64,000 nt of DNA, from positions 1,463-65,462 of the forward strand of contig JBFYZU010000103.1 in NCBI GenBank assembly GCA_041309365.1, read 5' to 3'. Below are positions 19,730 through 31,441 of this stretch, piece after piece. Position 1 is the first letter of the stretch, and each line of letters starts with the position of its first letter. The translations under genes were made by a program, and so were the position numbers. The stretch is from Myxococcota bacterium (GTDB lineage Bacteria > Myxococcota_A > Polyangia > DRWM01). A model generated the notes under the pieces. The model did not search any database, was not told where the DNA came from, and was given only the letters and a program-made list of their open reading frames with translations.

Positions 19730-20635
19730 TCATGCTGCGTAGCAGTAGCCCAGGGTGGGGTTCGGCGTGTAGGCCGGCGTGAGCGGGTAGCAATTGCCCG
19801 TGGTGCATGGGTGAGTCGAGTCGCAGAACGGCGCGCAGATGATCTCTGTGGCGGAGACCTCCAGGCAGATGTTCCCGGCCACGCAGGTCTCGGACCCGCT
19901 GCAGTCACCCCCCGTGGCAACGGTGCCGTTGGGGAAGCACCAGGAGATGTCGCAGTCGGAGCGGATCCAGCAACCCTCTCCCTCCGCGCAACCAGCGCCG
20001 GTTCCCGTACCACCGAAGGGGTCGCACCCGGCATCGGCCGGGCACGGCAGGGTGCAGGCGTTGAGCGGTGTGTCGATGGGCGTGCCTGCACAGGTGCCGC
20101 TCGAGGGAGTCATGGTCAACGTCACGGTGCAATCGGCGCCCGTGTCGCAGTCGGAGCTTCCCTCGCACCACTTGTAGCAGTGGCCTGCATCCTCTCCCGC
20201 GTAGCGCACGCAGATGGATCCCGGGATGCAGTCCGTGGCGTAGTTGCACTCGGCACCTACAGCGACCGAGCCCGGCGCCGTGGCGATGCAGGTCTCGTAC
20301 ATCTGGCAGGCTTCGGATATGCCGTTGAGCATGCACACCTGACCGGTCTCGCACCCGCACAGGTCCAGCACGCTGCAGGTGCCTCCTGCGGCTGCGGTGG
20401 TGGAAGTGCACCCCGTGGTGTCGGGCATCGTGTCCACGGCCGTGTCATCCGACGTATCCGGCGTGGTGTCGGCCGTGGTGTCGGCCGTGGTGTCGGCCGT
20501 GGTGTCGGCAATCGTGTCCTGGGCAGTGTCGGTGCTGGTGTCCTGCCCGGTTTCCTTCCCGTCGTCGCAACCCGTGAGCCCCATCTGCAGGGCTGCGCAC
20601 AGGATCAGCGCGAGAGGTGCATTTGGCCTGTTCAT
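19730..20635 (-). CDS. Cys-rich lipoprotein with (DTTA)n tandem repeat
   Basis: MNRPNAPLALILCAALQMGLTGC lipobox with GGAGG RBS. TADTTADTTADTT tract. More than 35 Cys in CxxGxC-type spacing. Confidence 0.55.
   Translation of the reverse strand: MNRPNAPLALILCAALQMGLTGCDDGKETGQDTSTDTAQDTIADTTADTTADTTADTTPDTSDDTAVDTMPDTTGCTSTTAAAGGTCSVLDLCGCETGQVCMLNGISEACQMYETCIATAPGSVAVGAECNYATDCIPGSICVRYAGEDAGHCYKWCEGSSDCDTGADCTVTLTMTPSSGTCAGTPIDTPLNACTLPCPADAGCDPFGGTGTGAGCAEGEGCWIRSDCDISWCFPNGTVATGGDCSGSETCVAGNICLEVSATEIICAPFCDSTHPCTTGNCYPLTPAYTPNPTLGYCYAA
20463..20510. repeat. 12-nt tandem repeat (gtggtgtcggcc) x4 inside lipoprotein gene
   Basis: Seen directly in the sequence. It encodes (TTAD)n on the minus strand. 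Confidence 0.8.
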
Positions 20636-20766
20636 CTGTTTTCCTCCGGTTTCGTGACCGCGCCCTTTCGAGCGGCGCGTGGATTCGCCCCGTGGGGTCT
20701 CGCTAATTAATGTCAGATATCGTGCACATGTCAAGAAAGAGCTCCCTGCGAGAGCGGCACCTCGAC

Positions 20767-22428
<1,662 letters not shown>

Positions 22429-22533
22429 CGTCTCTAGAAGAGGCTGGCAAAGGTGTCAAGGTGGCCTGCAGATCCCTCGTGAAAGCCGATAGATGGGTGA
22501 TCGCCCGGGGGAGTCGGGAACGTGATTGTCCGA

Positions 22534-24918
22534 TCAGGCTGCCGGGGCGCTCCGGAGCACCTCCCTGTGGCTCTTGCCCGGGATGGCAGGGCCCACGATG
22601 CCGTCCGTCTCCATCCGCTCGACGATGCGGGCCGCGCGGTTGTAGCCTATCTTGAGCTTGCGCTGCAGGTACGAGATGGACACCTTGCCCTCGCTCGTGG
22701 CGATGGCCACGGCGTCCACGTAACGCGGATCCGCGTCCTCGTCATCCACCTGCAGGGCCCCTTCCTCATCCTCGCCGGCGCGCAGGATCTCCTCCTTGTA
22801 GCTGGGATCGGCCTGGCTGCGCCAGTGATCGGTCACGCGCTGGATCTCCTCGTCCGACACGAAGCCACCATGCATGCGCAGAAGATCCGACTGGCCGGGG
22901 GGCAGGATGAGCATGTCGCCGAGGCCAAGAAGGCACTCTGCACCGTTGGCGTCGAGCATGACGCGGGAGTCCACCTTCGAGGCCACCTTGAAGGCTATGC
23001 GGCAGGGGAAGTTGGACTTGATGAGGCCCGTGACCACGTTCACGCTCGGACGCTGGGTGGCCACGATGAGGTGGATACCGGCCGCACGAGCCTTGGCAGC
23101 GAGACGGGACACGGCGTTCTCCACGTCCCTTGCGGACGTCATCATCAGATCCGCGAACTCGTCGATGACGATGACGACGTAGGGAAGGCGCTCGTGCTGC
23201 AACGCCTCCTTTGTACCGGGGTCGTCGGGATCCATGGTCCCCGTGTCGGGCTGCAAAACCGGTGCCCCAGCCAAGAGCTTCTCGACCTTCCGGTTGTAGC
23301 CTCGGATGTCCCTGACGTTCAGATCCGAGAACATGTGGTAACGCCGCTCCATCTCGTCCACGGCCCACCTCAGGGCGCTCGCTGCGTGCTTCATGTCGGT
23401 GACCACCGGCAGGTACAGGTGCGGTATCCCGTCGTAGGGTTGCAGCTCCACCATCTTGGGATCCACGAGGATCAACCTCATGTCGTCGGGCGTGAACTTG
23501 AACAGAAGACTCATGAGCAGCGTGTTGATGGCCACGCTCTTGCCGCTGCCCGTCGTGCCGGCGATGAGAAGGTGCGGCATGCGGCTCAGATCCATGATGT
23601 AGGGGTTGCCGATGATGTCCTTGCCCACGGCCAGCGGAATGCGGGCGCTCTCCAGGGAGAAGCGTGGGTCATCCATGATCTCGCTCAGCAGCACCGGCTG
23701 CCGAAGGGGGCTCGGCAGCTCGAAGCCCACGGCATTCTTGCCTGGGATGGGCGCAACGATCCGGACCCTGGTCACCTCGAGACTCATGGCGAGATCGTCG
23801 GAGAGGCGCGAGATGGTGGACACCTTCGTTCCCTTCTCGGGCCGCATCTCCAGGGTCGTGACGACGGGTCCTGGATGGATGTCGGTGACCTTGCCCTTCA
23901 CGCCGTAGTTTTCGAGCGTCTCGGAGAGCCTGCTGGCCATGGCCGTGAGCTCGGCCCCGAGCTCTTCGTGCGAGACGTTGGACTCCTGGACGATGGGGCG
24001 CTCGAGCATCGAAAGAGGAGGCAACGTGAACACGCTCGGCGCCGGAGCAGCCGCTCCCCGCTTCCCGGCGGGTCGCCCGTTGGGCCTGGTGGGAGCCACT
24101 TCGGTCTTCGGGTCGAGATGGTGATGAATGACCGGGGTGAGAGTCTCGGCACCTGCATCATCTTCGTCGGGATCCCCCCCGAGAGCTTCGCCTCCATCGT
24201 CTTCGCGATCCTCGATCGGCATGGACAAGACAGGGTCGATCACGATCGTGGCGCTCGAGGCCCGACGGGTGATCCTCGAAACGAGGCCGAGCGCCGACCG
24301 ACCGGCCCTTTGGACGATGGCGATCGCTCGCCGGCCGGCGGCCATGGTCATGGCCAGAAGCACACGCGAGAATGCCCTGGGCCCGAGACCCGAGACGAGC
24401 ACCGCGGCCATGCACAGCCCGGCCGTGAGCAGCAAGAACGAGCCAGGACCGGCGAAAAGCCCCTTCATCCAGTCGCCCAGCAGGGCACCTGTCGCTCCAC
24501 CGGCGAGGTGCCCGCCGAGCACGAGCTCGCCAGCCCAGCCCACGTGCATGAGGGCAGAGGCCAAGACGATGCCCGTGACGGATCCGAGCATCCTGAGAGG
24601 ACCGAAGAAGCTCGTCTTGCGCACGAGAGAAGTCACGGAAGCGACCACGAGCAGCACTGGAACGAGCAGGCCGGCGTGACCCACGAGCTGGTAGAGCGCG
24701 AAGGCCAGATAGGTGCCAGCCGGTCCCGTCCATCCTCCCTGCAACGGGAGCCCGTCCGGGTCCAGCCCTTCGTAGCTCACAAGGCCGAGCATCAGGAACA
24801 CGCCCGCCACGAGCACGAAGGTGAGGCCCACCTCGACGAGCAACGACAGGATGGCGGCCCTGTCCTGCCTCGTCGATACAGAGGCCTCGAGCGTTCGCCT
24901 GTTCTTGGAGCTCGACAT
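22534..24918 (-). CDS. ftsK: DNA translocase FtsK/SpoIIIE
   Basis: N-terminal polytopic membrane domain. Motor domain with Walker A GTTGSGKS. C-terminal gamma winged helix. Confidence 0.9.
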   Translation of the reverse strand: MSSSKNRRTLEASVSTRQDRAAILSLLVEVGLTFVLVAGVFLMLGLVSYEGLDPDGLPLQGGWTGPAGTYLAFALYQLVGHAGLLVPVLLVVASVTSLVRKTSFFGPLRMLGSVTGIVLASALMHVGWAGELVLGGHLAGGATGALLGDWMKGLFAGPGSFLLLTAGLCMAAVLVSGLGPRAFSRVLLAMTMAAGRRAIAIVQRAGRSALGLVSRITRRASSATIVIDPVLSMPIEDREDDGGEALGGDPDEDDAGAETLTPVIHHHLDPKTEVAPTRPNGRPAGKRGAAAPAPSVFTLPPLSMLERPIVQESNVSHEELGAELTAMASRLSETLENYGVKGKVTDIHPGPVVTTLEMRPEKGTKVSTISRLSDDLAMSLEVTRVRIVAPIPGKNAVGFELPSPLRQPVLLSEIMDDPRFSLESARIPLAVGKDIIGNPYIMDLSRMPHLLIAGTTGSGKSVAINTLLMSLLFKFTPDDMRLILVDPKMVELQPYDGIPHLYLPVVTDMKHAASALRWAVDEMERRYHMFSDLNVRDIRGYNRKVEKLLAGAPVLQPDTGTMDPDDPGTKEALQHERLPYVVIVIDEFADLMMTSARDVENAVSRLAAKARAAGIHLIVATQRPSVNVVTGLIKSNFPCRIAFKVASKVDSRVMLDANGAECLLGLGDMLILPPGQSDLLRMHGGFVSDEEIQRVTDHWRSQADPSYKEEILRAGEDEEGALQVDDEDADPRYVDAVAIATSEGKVSISYLQRKLKIGYNRAARIVERMETDGIVGPAIPGKSHREVLRSAPAA

Positions 24919-25281
24919 CGAATCAGTGTCCTCGATGGTGATGTCATTCTAGATCGGGCAGGATGAACCGATCCAAAAACAGGATGGCCTCCTGGACGAG
25001 GATCGCGACCGCTTCTTTCAAAAAAAATGCGCGCCATCCTGCAGGAGTCATGCTGGCAGTATCCTATAGCCGATCACGGGCCGGTCACGGCAAGGGCGCA
25101 CGTCTCATCCGGAGAAACCTCTGGCACACATCGCAGGCGGGCCGGAGCGATCCTGCATCGATGACGGCCGGGGCTCTTGTCACGCTCGTGAAACTCCTGA
25201 CGACGCGTTCGAGAGTGTAGAAAGTGCATTCGATATTTGTAGTTAATTTTACCAAGTTGTATCTAATTATGCATTTTTGAG

Positions 25282-25308
25282 TTGACAACGATCACACTTG
25301 AAGATAAT
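25282..25308 (+). promoter_or_regulatory. candidate sigma70-like promoter (TTGACA-15-GATAAT) for histone-like genes
   Basis: Lies within the 530-bp AT-rich intergenic region upstream of 25449. Confidence 0.35.
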
Positions 25309-25448
25309 CATGCAAGATAACTGAGCGGATCCCGTCGATGGCTGTTGTCGTCATGGGAGCGTGAGGAAGAAGTGAATGGTGGGAGTTGGCTCCCGCCGGG
25401 CAGGTGATCCGGAGGATCACACTGGCAAACCAAAGACAGGAGGAAGTC

Positions 25449-25592
25449 ATGGTAGCCAAGAAGAAGGTCGCCAAGAAGGCAGTGAAGAAGGTCGCCAAGA
25501 AGAAGGTCGCCAAGAAGAAGGTTGCCAAGAAGGCAGCGAAGAAGCCCGCCAAGAAGAAGGTCGCCAAGAAGAAGGTCGCCAAGAAGAAGTAG
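25449..25592 (+). CDS. histone H1-like Lys/Ala-rich DNA-binding protein (47 aa)
   Basis: MVAKKKVAKKAVKKVAKKKVAKKKVAKKAAKK... GGAGG RBS. Built from tandem 18-nt units. Confidence 0.55.
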   Translation: MVAKKKVAKKAVKKVAKKKVAKKKVAKKAAKKPAKKKVAKKKVAKKK

Positions 25593-25615
25593 TCAGTCCC
25601 AAAGGAGGATAAGAC

Positions 25616-25741
25616 ATGCCCTGCGGAACGAAGACGACGGCCAAGAAGGTCGTCAAGAAAGTCGCCAAGAAGACAGCGGCCAAGAAAGTGGCCAAGAAGC
25701 CCGCCAAGAAGGCAGTGAAGAAGGTCGCCAAGAAGAAGTAG
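25616..25741 (+). CDS. second histone H1-like Lys/Ala-rich protein (41 aa)
   Basis: MPCGTKTTAKKVVKKVAKKTAAKKVAKKPAKKAVKKVAKKK. AGGAGG RBS. Followed by hairpin cccgg-atgag-ccggg (25766-25780). Confidence 0.5.
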   Translation: MPCGTKTTAKKVVKKVAKKTAAKKVAKKPAKKAVKKVAKKK

Positions 25742-25843
25742 CCGGCCTCTCGCCTCCCTCCTCTTCCCGGATGAGCCGGGCCATCGCATCGCTTCCCCCC
25801 CTCGAGTGCACGTGATAGGCTTCTGGTCATCGGTCGTACCCGC

Positions 25844-27613
25844 ATGGCAGACCCGCCCAACGTAAAGCCGGAGAACGCAGAACGGCTCACATCAGAGGAG
25901 CTGCGGACGGTTCGCGGCGCAGGACTGTTCGAGCTCTACCTCGGACGGGGCTGGATGAGGCACCTCATCATCTACGGTTTTCCAGGCATCACGGCCATGC
26001 TGATCGCATCCGGCATATTCTGCTCGTTCATCGCGGTGCCAGACACCCTCATGCTCTATGCCCAGCCGGCCTGGGTTCCAGGGGAGAAGACCGGGGCTCG
26101 CGTGGGAGTCATGGACGAAAAGGGCGAGTTCGTGCCCATCACCCGGATGCGCGTGACACTGCTCGACAAGGCTTTCGACCGCGATCGGATCCTGTTCGAC
26201 GGGAAGTCCCATGGGACGGTCGCAAGCCTCACGATCGACGTCCCGTCCTGGCCGGCCGGCGAATACGAAATGGTTGTACGCGCCACCACCATGAAAAACA
26301 CGAGAGAGGGCATTCTCACCGTGAGGCTCGACCCCGGATACGACGGCGAGAAACCCGTCATCACCCACGAGATGAGAGCCTGGCGCGAGCGGTTCGACGA
26401 CGAGGACTTCATGAAACCAGGGTCCCCTCTCGATGTGGAGCTGTTCGCCGAGTCGGGAATGATCGCCTCCAGCCTGCCCAACATCCTCTACGTGCGCTGC
26501 ACCGACCGCAGAGGCGTCCCGGTGCGGGCCACCGTGTCTCTGGCCCTTGCGCAAGGTTTCATCTCGGGCGAGCTTCCCGATTCGGTCGAGACCGACGCAC
26601 TGGGTCTGGCCGCACTGATCGTCTACCCCACGTACAACTCGCTCGTCCTCGACGTGTCCGCGCAAGAACACGGTCATGGACCGGGCTTCACCACGGCCGG
26701 CGAAGGCCTTGGAGCAGGCGAGGGCATCGACGCCGGTCCTGATGACCTTTCACACGACGCACCACCTGCAAGCGAGGGACGGGTCATCGTCCCCATCGGA
26801 CCCCAGGGAATACGGCTTCGAGCCCTGGTGCCGGCTCCTTTCGTGGGTGAACCCATCTCGCTGCGGGTGTACTCCGTGGGCAAGGACATGAACATGTTCA
26901 CGGACCTGTACCGGGAGAGCAGGTGGATCGCGGCCTTTGATGCCCAGGTCGACGGACAGAGCTTCGAGGTCGCCGCCCCTGCGGCGCTCGGACCCGGGCT
27001 CCACGTGGTGCAGGCCTACAGCTCGCCCGTGCCCGCCATCTTCCAGAAGCTCCCCGGGCTTACGCCAGAGCTTCTGAGCGCGAGCATGTCAGCCGCCCAC
27101 GTCTGGGTCAGAGATCGGGCCGAATCCGACCAAGACACCGTCCTCACCCTGGCGGGGATCCTCGCGACCCGGGGAGTGGACGTGGATTACGTGTCGCAGC
27201 TCACACCGCAGAGGATCGAGCAGGAGGGCGTCAACCTCGGGCTCGCAACGGCCTTTCTGCTATCGCGGCTGGACGGGGCGCTATTCCCTCCTCTCGTGGC
27301 CTCGTCATCCAGGGATCACGACACGAGCTCCGCGGCCACTTTGAGAAATTCCATCCGCACCACGGTCATCGTTGCGCTCGTCATCGTGTGCGCAGTCGTC
27401 GTGCTCGCCCTGGGGATATTGACCTATTTCACCTGGCGAGCCGGACGGGGGGGTGCCTCTTCGGAGGTCGCCTGCGAGACCCCCATGAGCAGCGCGGACG
27501 CCAGGTGGCTGCGTCATCAGGTCTTCCAGATGAGCATGCTCATCGCGGTCGTCGTGGGCATGTTCGGGCTTCTCGCGATCCTCGTCGCCTACCTCCGCTG
27601 GCAGATGAGCTGA
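25844..27613 (+). CDS. hypothetical membrane protein (N- and C-terminal TM helices, large extracytoplasmic beta-rich middle)
   Basis: TM helices LIIYGFPGITAMLIASGIFCSFIAV, VIVALVIVCAVVVLALGILTYF and MLIAVVVGMFGLLAILVAYL. No catalytic motif. Confidence 0.4.
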   Translation: MADPPNVKPENAERLTSEELRTVRGAGLFELYLGRGWMRHLIIYGFPGITAMLIASGIFCSFIAVPDTLMLYAQPAWVPGEKTGARVGVMDEKGEFVPITRMRVTLLDKAFDRDRILFDGKSHGTVASLTIDVPSWPAGEYEMVVRATTMKNTREGILTVRLDPGYDGEKPVITHEMRAWRERFDDEDFMKPGSPLDVELFAESGMIASSLPNILYVRCTDRRGVPVRATVSLALAQGFISGELPDSVETDALGLAALIVYPTYNSLVLDVSAQEHGHGPGFTTAGEGLGAGEGIDAGPDDLSHDAPPASEGRVIVPIGPQGIRLRALVPAPFVGEPISLRVYSVGKDMNMFTDLYRESRWIAAFDAQVDGQSFEVAAPAALGPGLHVVQAYSSPVPAIFQKLPGLTPELLSASMSAAHVWVRDRAESDQDTVLTLAGILATRGVDVDYVSQLTPQRIEQEGVNLGLATAFLLSRLDGALFPPLVASSSRDHDTSSAATLRNSIRTTVIVALVIVCAVVVLALGILTYFTWRAGRGGASSEVACETPMSSADARWLRHQVFQMSMLIAVVVGMFGLLAILVAYLRWQMS

Positions 27614-27705
27614 GAGCCTCTCCTATCGATCGTCGAGTCCCCCTGGACATTTTCGACAAAAAGTTGAGCATCCCCTGCCGATCACCTACTCTCGCCCGAA
27701 GTCGA

Positions 27706-29895
27706 ATGAAGAAGCTCAGGGTGAGAAGGGCGGGGTTCGGCAGGGCCGCTGGTGCGGCTGGGCTCTGGGTCGCACGTCACGTCCTTCCCTTCCTGCTCAG
27801 CGGGGCGGCCGCAGGGCTGGCGCACCTTGGAATGCTTCGCCTCGATACCGTGGGGATCGCGCTCGTTTCGTGCAGCTCGGCCCTGCTCGTGGCCCTGGTC
27901 GTGCGGGAGATCCTGATGGGTCGCAAGGAGAAGCTCCAGGGCGCACGCAAGGTCATGCGCGAGCTCAGGATGCTCGTGCCCGCCGCGGCCGTGCTCCAGC
28001 TCTGGACCATCATGGCCCGGAGCTCGAATCTCGAGCTTGGAGCACTGAATTACCTGTTCACACTCGTTGCCGTGACGTTTTTTTCTCGCGGGGCCTCGAT
28101 CCCTGCCGTGCTGGCGGATTGCGCCATCGAGTGGGTCGCGATCGGAGGGCCCGACGTGCAGGGAACGGACTTCAACCGGAGGCTCGCCGCGTCCACTTTC
28201 CTGATGTTCTTCGCGATCTTCGGCATAGCGTTCCTCAGGACCGAGATCGTGAGGCTCAGGGCCAAGGGCCGCGAGCGCATCGAGGAGCAGCTCGACAGGA
28301 TCACGCAGCTCGCGCGCGACTACAGGCTCATGAGTGCACCGTCCTCGCAGATCTCGGAGGAGTCGCCGGAGGAGCGTGACGACGAGGAGGAGAGAAGGCG
28401 GGCACTGCAGAGCGTCACCGCATCGCTTAACGAGATCCATTCGACCATCTTCGCCATGCTCGACGTGGTCCGGCGTTCGATGAGGCTGCACACCTGCGTG
28501 CTATTGTGGAAGGAAGACACGGGGGAGTACCTCAGGATCCTGGAGGCGGCCACCGATTCGACGCTGCTGGCAGAATCGTCGATTCCCGTCCAGTTCGGTG
28601 TGACGGGTGTGGTGGCCAGCCATGGCAAGCACGTGAGCTTTTGTCCCTTCAACGCATCGACCACGCCTCTGCCCTATTACCACCGGCCCGAGCCCGTGAT
28701 GAGCTTCTGCGCCCTGCCAGTCATCGAGGATCGCGTGGTACGGGGTGTTCTGTGTGCCGACCGGCTCACCGAGGATCCCTTCACGGACCAAGACAGGGAG
28801 ATCCTGGAAGCCGTTGCGGCACAGGCCATCCGGATCGTCAACAACGAGCGGGTCTTTTTACAGCTCGCCAAGAGCAAGACCGAGCAGTCCCGTCTGTACC
28901 GGGCGAGCACGAGGCTCAGGGCGGCGAACAGCTGCGACGAGGTCCTGTCCGCCGCGTTCGAAAGCGCCAGGAGCATCGTGGCCTTCGAGCTGGCCGTCGC
29001 CACGAGCTACGATCCCGAGTCCCGCCGCCACACCGTGATCAGGGCCGACGGCCTGTGGGCCGAGCAGCTATCCGGGCTCGCGTTCGGCGACAACGACGGG
29101 CTCGTGGCCCAGTCGGTCCGCATGCGCTATCACCTGCCCTACAAGGGTCAGTACGACCCGGTCAACATGTCGGTGTTCACGCGCCGCGTCAAGTTCAAGG
29201 GAGCCCGATCGCTGCTCGTGATGCCGCTCGTCGTGCGGGATCGCGCCGTGGGCACACTCGTGCTGGCCTCGAAGCGCGAGCGCGTCTTCAGCCTGCAGGC
29301 CAGGCCTCTTCTGCTGGTCATCGCGGACCAGACGGCTCTCTCCTACCAGAATGCGCTCATGGTCAGCAGGCTCGAGGAGCTGGCAACGACCGACGGGCTG
29401 ACGGGGCTTCACAACAAGAGGGTCTTCATCGATGCACTGGGGCGAAAGCTTTTGGCCGCATTGAGATTCGACAAGAAGCTCTCGCTCATCATGACGGACC
29501 TGGACAGGTTCAAGTCCGTCAACGACACCTATGGCCACCAGGTGGGCGACGAGGTGCTTCGCAGGTTCGCCAGCGTGCTCGCCCGCAACGCACGCCAGGT
29601 GGACATGGCGTGCCGGTATGGAGGAGAGGAGTTCGTCATCATCTGCGAGGAGACGGACGCCGAGGGTGCCTGGATGCTGGCCGAACGAATCCGGATGGAC
29701 ATGCAGCGGGAGTCCTTCTCGAGCGACAAGGGGGCGTTCGCGGTCACCTGCTCGCTGGGAGTCGCCACGGCGCCAGCCCAGGGCGACACGCCGGACGAGC
29801 TCATCCGCAACGCGGACGAAGCGCTCTACCAGGCGAAGCACTCGGGCAGAAACTGCGTGGTCACCTCCCAGGCAGGACTGAGGAAGACCGGCTGA
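27706..29895 (+). CDS. membrane-anchored GAF-GAF-GGDEF diguanylate cyclase
   Basis: Intact active site RYGGEEF. Mg-binding MTDLDRFKSVND. I-site RxxD (RIRMD) present. The N-terminus has about 5 TM helices. Confidence 0.8.
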   Translation: MKKLRVRRAGFGRAAGAAGLWVARHVLPFLLSGAAAGLAHLGMLRLDTVGIALVSCSSALLVALVVREILMGRKEKLQGARKVMRELRMLVPAAAVLQLWTIMARSSNLELGALNYLFTLVAVTFFSRGASIPAVLADCAIEWVAIGGPDVQGTDFNRRLAASTFLMFFAIFGIAFLRTEIVRLRAKGRERIEEQLDRITQLARDYRLMSAPSSQISEESPEERDDEEERRRALQSVTASLNEIHSTIFAMLDVVRRSMRLHTCVLLWKEDTGEYLRILEAATDSTLLAESSIPVQFGVTGVVASHGKHVSFCPFNASTTPLPYYHRPEPVMSFCALPVIEDRVVRGVLCADRLTEDPFTDQDREILEAVAAQAIRIVNNERVFLQLAKSKTEQSRLYRASTRLRAANSCDEVLSAAFESARSIVAFELAVATSYDPESRRHTVIRADGLWAEQLSGLAFGDNDGLVAQSVRMRYHLPYKGQYDPVNMSVFTRRVKFKGARSLLVMPLVVRDRAVGTLVLASKRERVFSLQARPLLLVIADQTALSYQNALMVSRLEELATTDGLTGLHNKRVFIDALGRKLLAALRFDKKLSLIMTDLDRFKSVNDTYGHQVGDEVLRRFASVLARNARQVDMACRYGGEEFVIICEETDAEGAWMLAERIRMDMQRESFSSDKGAFAVTCSLGVATAPAQGDTPDELIRNADEALYQAKHSGRNCVVTSQAGLRKTG

Positions 29896-29970
29896 ACCAG
29901 GCTTCCCCCCTCTTACCATCTGCCGGTTTTGAGTCTAAGATCCGCTCTGCCCCGGCGATGGGGCACCGAC

Positions 29971-31430
29971 GACGGAGAACCATGAGCTATTCGAATGCAC
30001 GTGCGCTGTGCGCCATCACCTTCGCCACCCTGATGCTCGGTCCCGGGGTCGGACGGGCCTCGGGCGACAAGATATGGAACGACCCGGACCCTTCCACGTC
30101 CAAGGCGGAGATCCCCAGCTTCGCACCGCTGAGCACGAAGCTCATGCCCGCGGTGGTGAGCATCGTGGTGACCCAGGAGATGGACGAGGCCGCGCTCGAT
30201 CCCATGCTGAAGTTCTTCAAGGACTTCTTCGGAGACGGGCTGCCGGAGAGCTTCGAGAACAAGGGCGTCGGCTCCGGCGTGATCATCAACGCCGACGGCT
30301 ACATCGTCACGAACCATCACGTGGTCGCAAGCGCCACATCCATCCTGGTGACCCTGCACGACGGCACGGAGCACGAAGCCCACGTGGTCGGCTCGGATCC
30401 GGACACGGACGTGGCGCTCATCAAGATAGAAACCACGGGGTTGCCCACCGTGGCTCTGGGCGACAGCGACTCGGTGCAGGTCGGTGACTGGGTCCTCGCC
30501 ATCGGAAATCCCTTCGGCCTGAGCGCGACCATCACGGCCGGCATCGTGAGCGCCAAGGGCCGGCACGAGGTGGGCCCCTACAAGGAGCACAAGTACCAGG
30601 ACTTCATCCAGACCGACGCACCCATCAATCCGGGAAGCTCGGGAGGACCGCTGTTCGACCTGGCCGGCAACGTGGTCGCCATCAACACGGCCATCAACGC
30701 AGCAGGCCAGGGAATCGGCTTCGCCATACCCATCAACATGATAAAGCCCATCCTACCCCAGCTCGTGGAGCACGGCACGGTCCTGCGCTCCTGGCTTGGG
30801 GTGAGCATCCAGGGAGTCACACCGTCACTCGCCAAGGCCTTCGGACTGCCCGGATCGCCCAGAGGTGCGCTCGTGGCGGACGTGGTGGGGGGCTCGCCGG
30901 CTGCCAAGGCAGGCATCACGGTGGGGGACATCATCCTCGCATTCGACGGCGAGTCCATCGACAGCGTCGACGAGCTGTCGTGGCTCGCCTCGACGAAGGG
31001 GCAGGGCATGAAGGCCAAGCTCCAGGTCTTCTCGGATGGCAAGACCAAGACCGTCAAGGTGAGCCTCGCGAGCCTGCCCGGCAAGAAGGAGGCACCGGCT
31101 GTGAGCGGGAAGAAGGGTCCCGGGAAGAAAGCTGCCCCCGACGACCTCGGCATCGCCCTCTCGAAGGTGGATCCGCAGTCGGCTGCAGCACTCGGTATCG
31201 ATCCCGTCGATGGCGAGATCCCCGGCGCTCTGGTGAGCGCGCTCGAGGTGGACTCCCCTCTGGCGGCCGCCGGCCTCGACCGGGGTGACGTCATACTGAA
31301 GCTGGACGGAAACCTCGTGAAGTCGCCTTCGGAGACGCTCGAGGCACTCGAGAAGACCGGGAAGGGTGAACTGGTTCTTTTGTACGTGATAAGCGGTCAG
31401 AGCAAGGGATTCGTGACCTACCAGCCCTGA
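29971..31430 (+). CDS. htrA: periplasmic serine endoprotease DegP/HtrA (Do family, two PDZ domains)
   Basis: Catalytic triad context TNHHVV, DVALIK and GNSGGPL-like GSSGGPL. Two PDZ segments. Signal peptide. Confidence 0.85.
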
Positions 31431-31441
31431 GACGAGGCAAC

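Noticed and set aside
22522-24966. 814-aa plus-strand ORF
   Set aside because: It is exactly antisense to ftsK. Its composition is Arg/Gly/His-rich, as is typical of high-GC shadow ORFs, with no motifs.
28506-29970. 5' 488 codons of the 974-aa ORF preceding htrA
   Set aside because: It overlaps the GGDEF gene in another frame. HtrA has its own signal peptide and starts at 29971.
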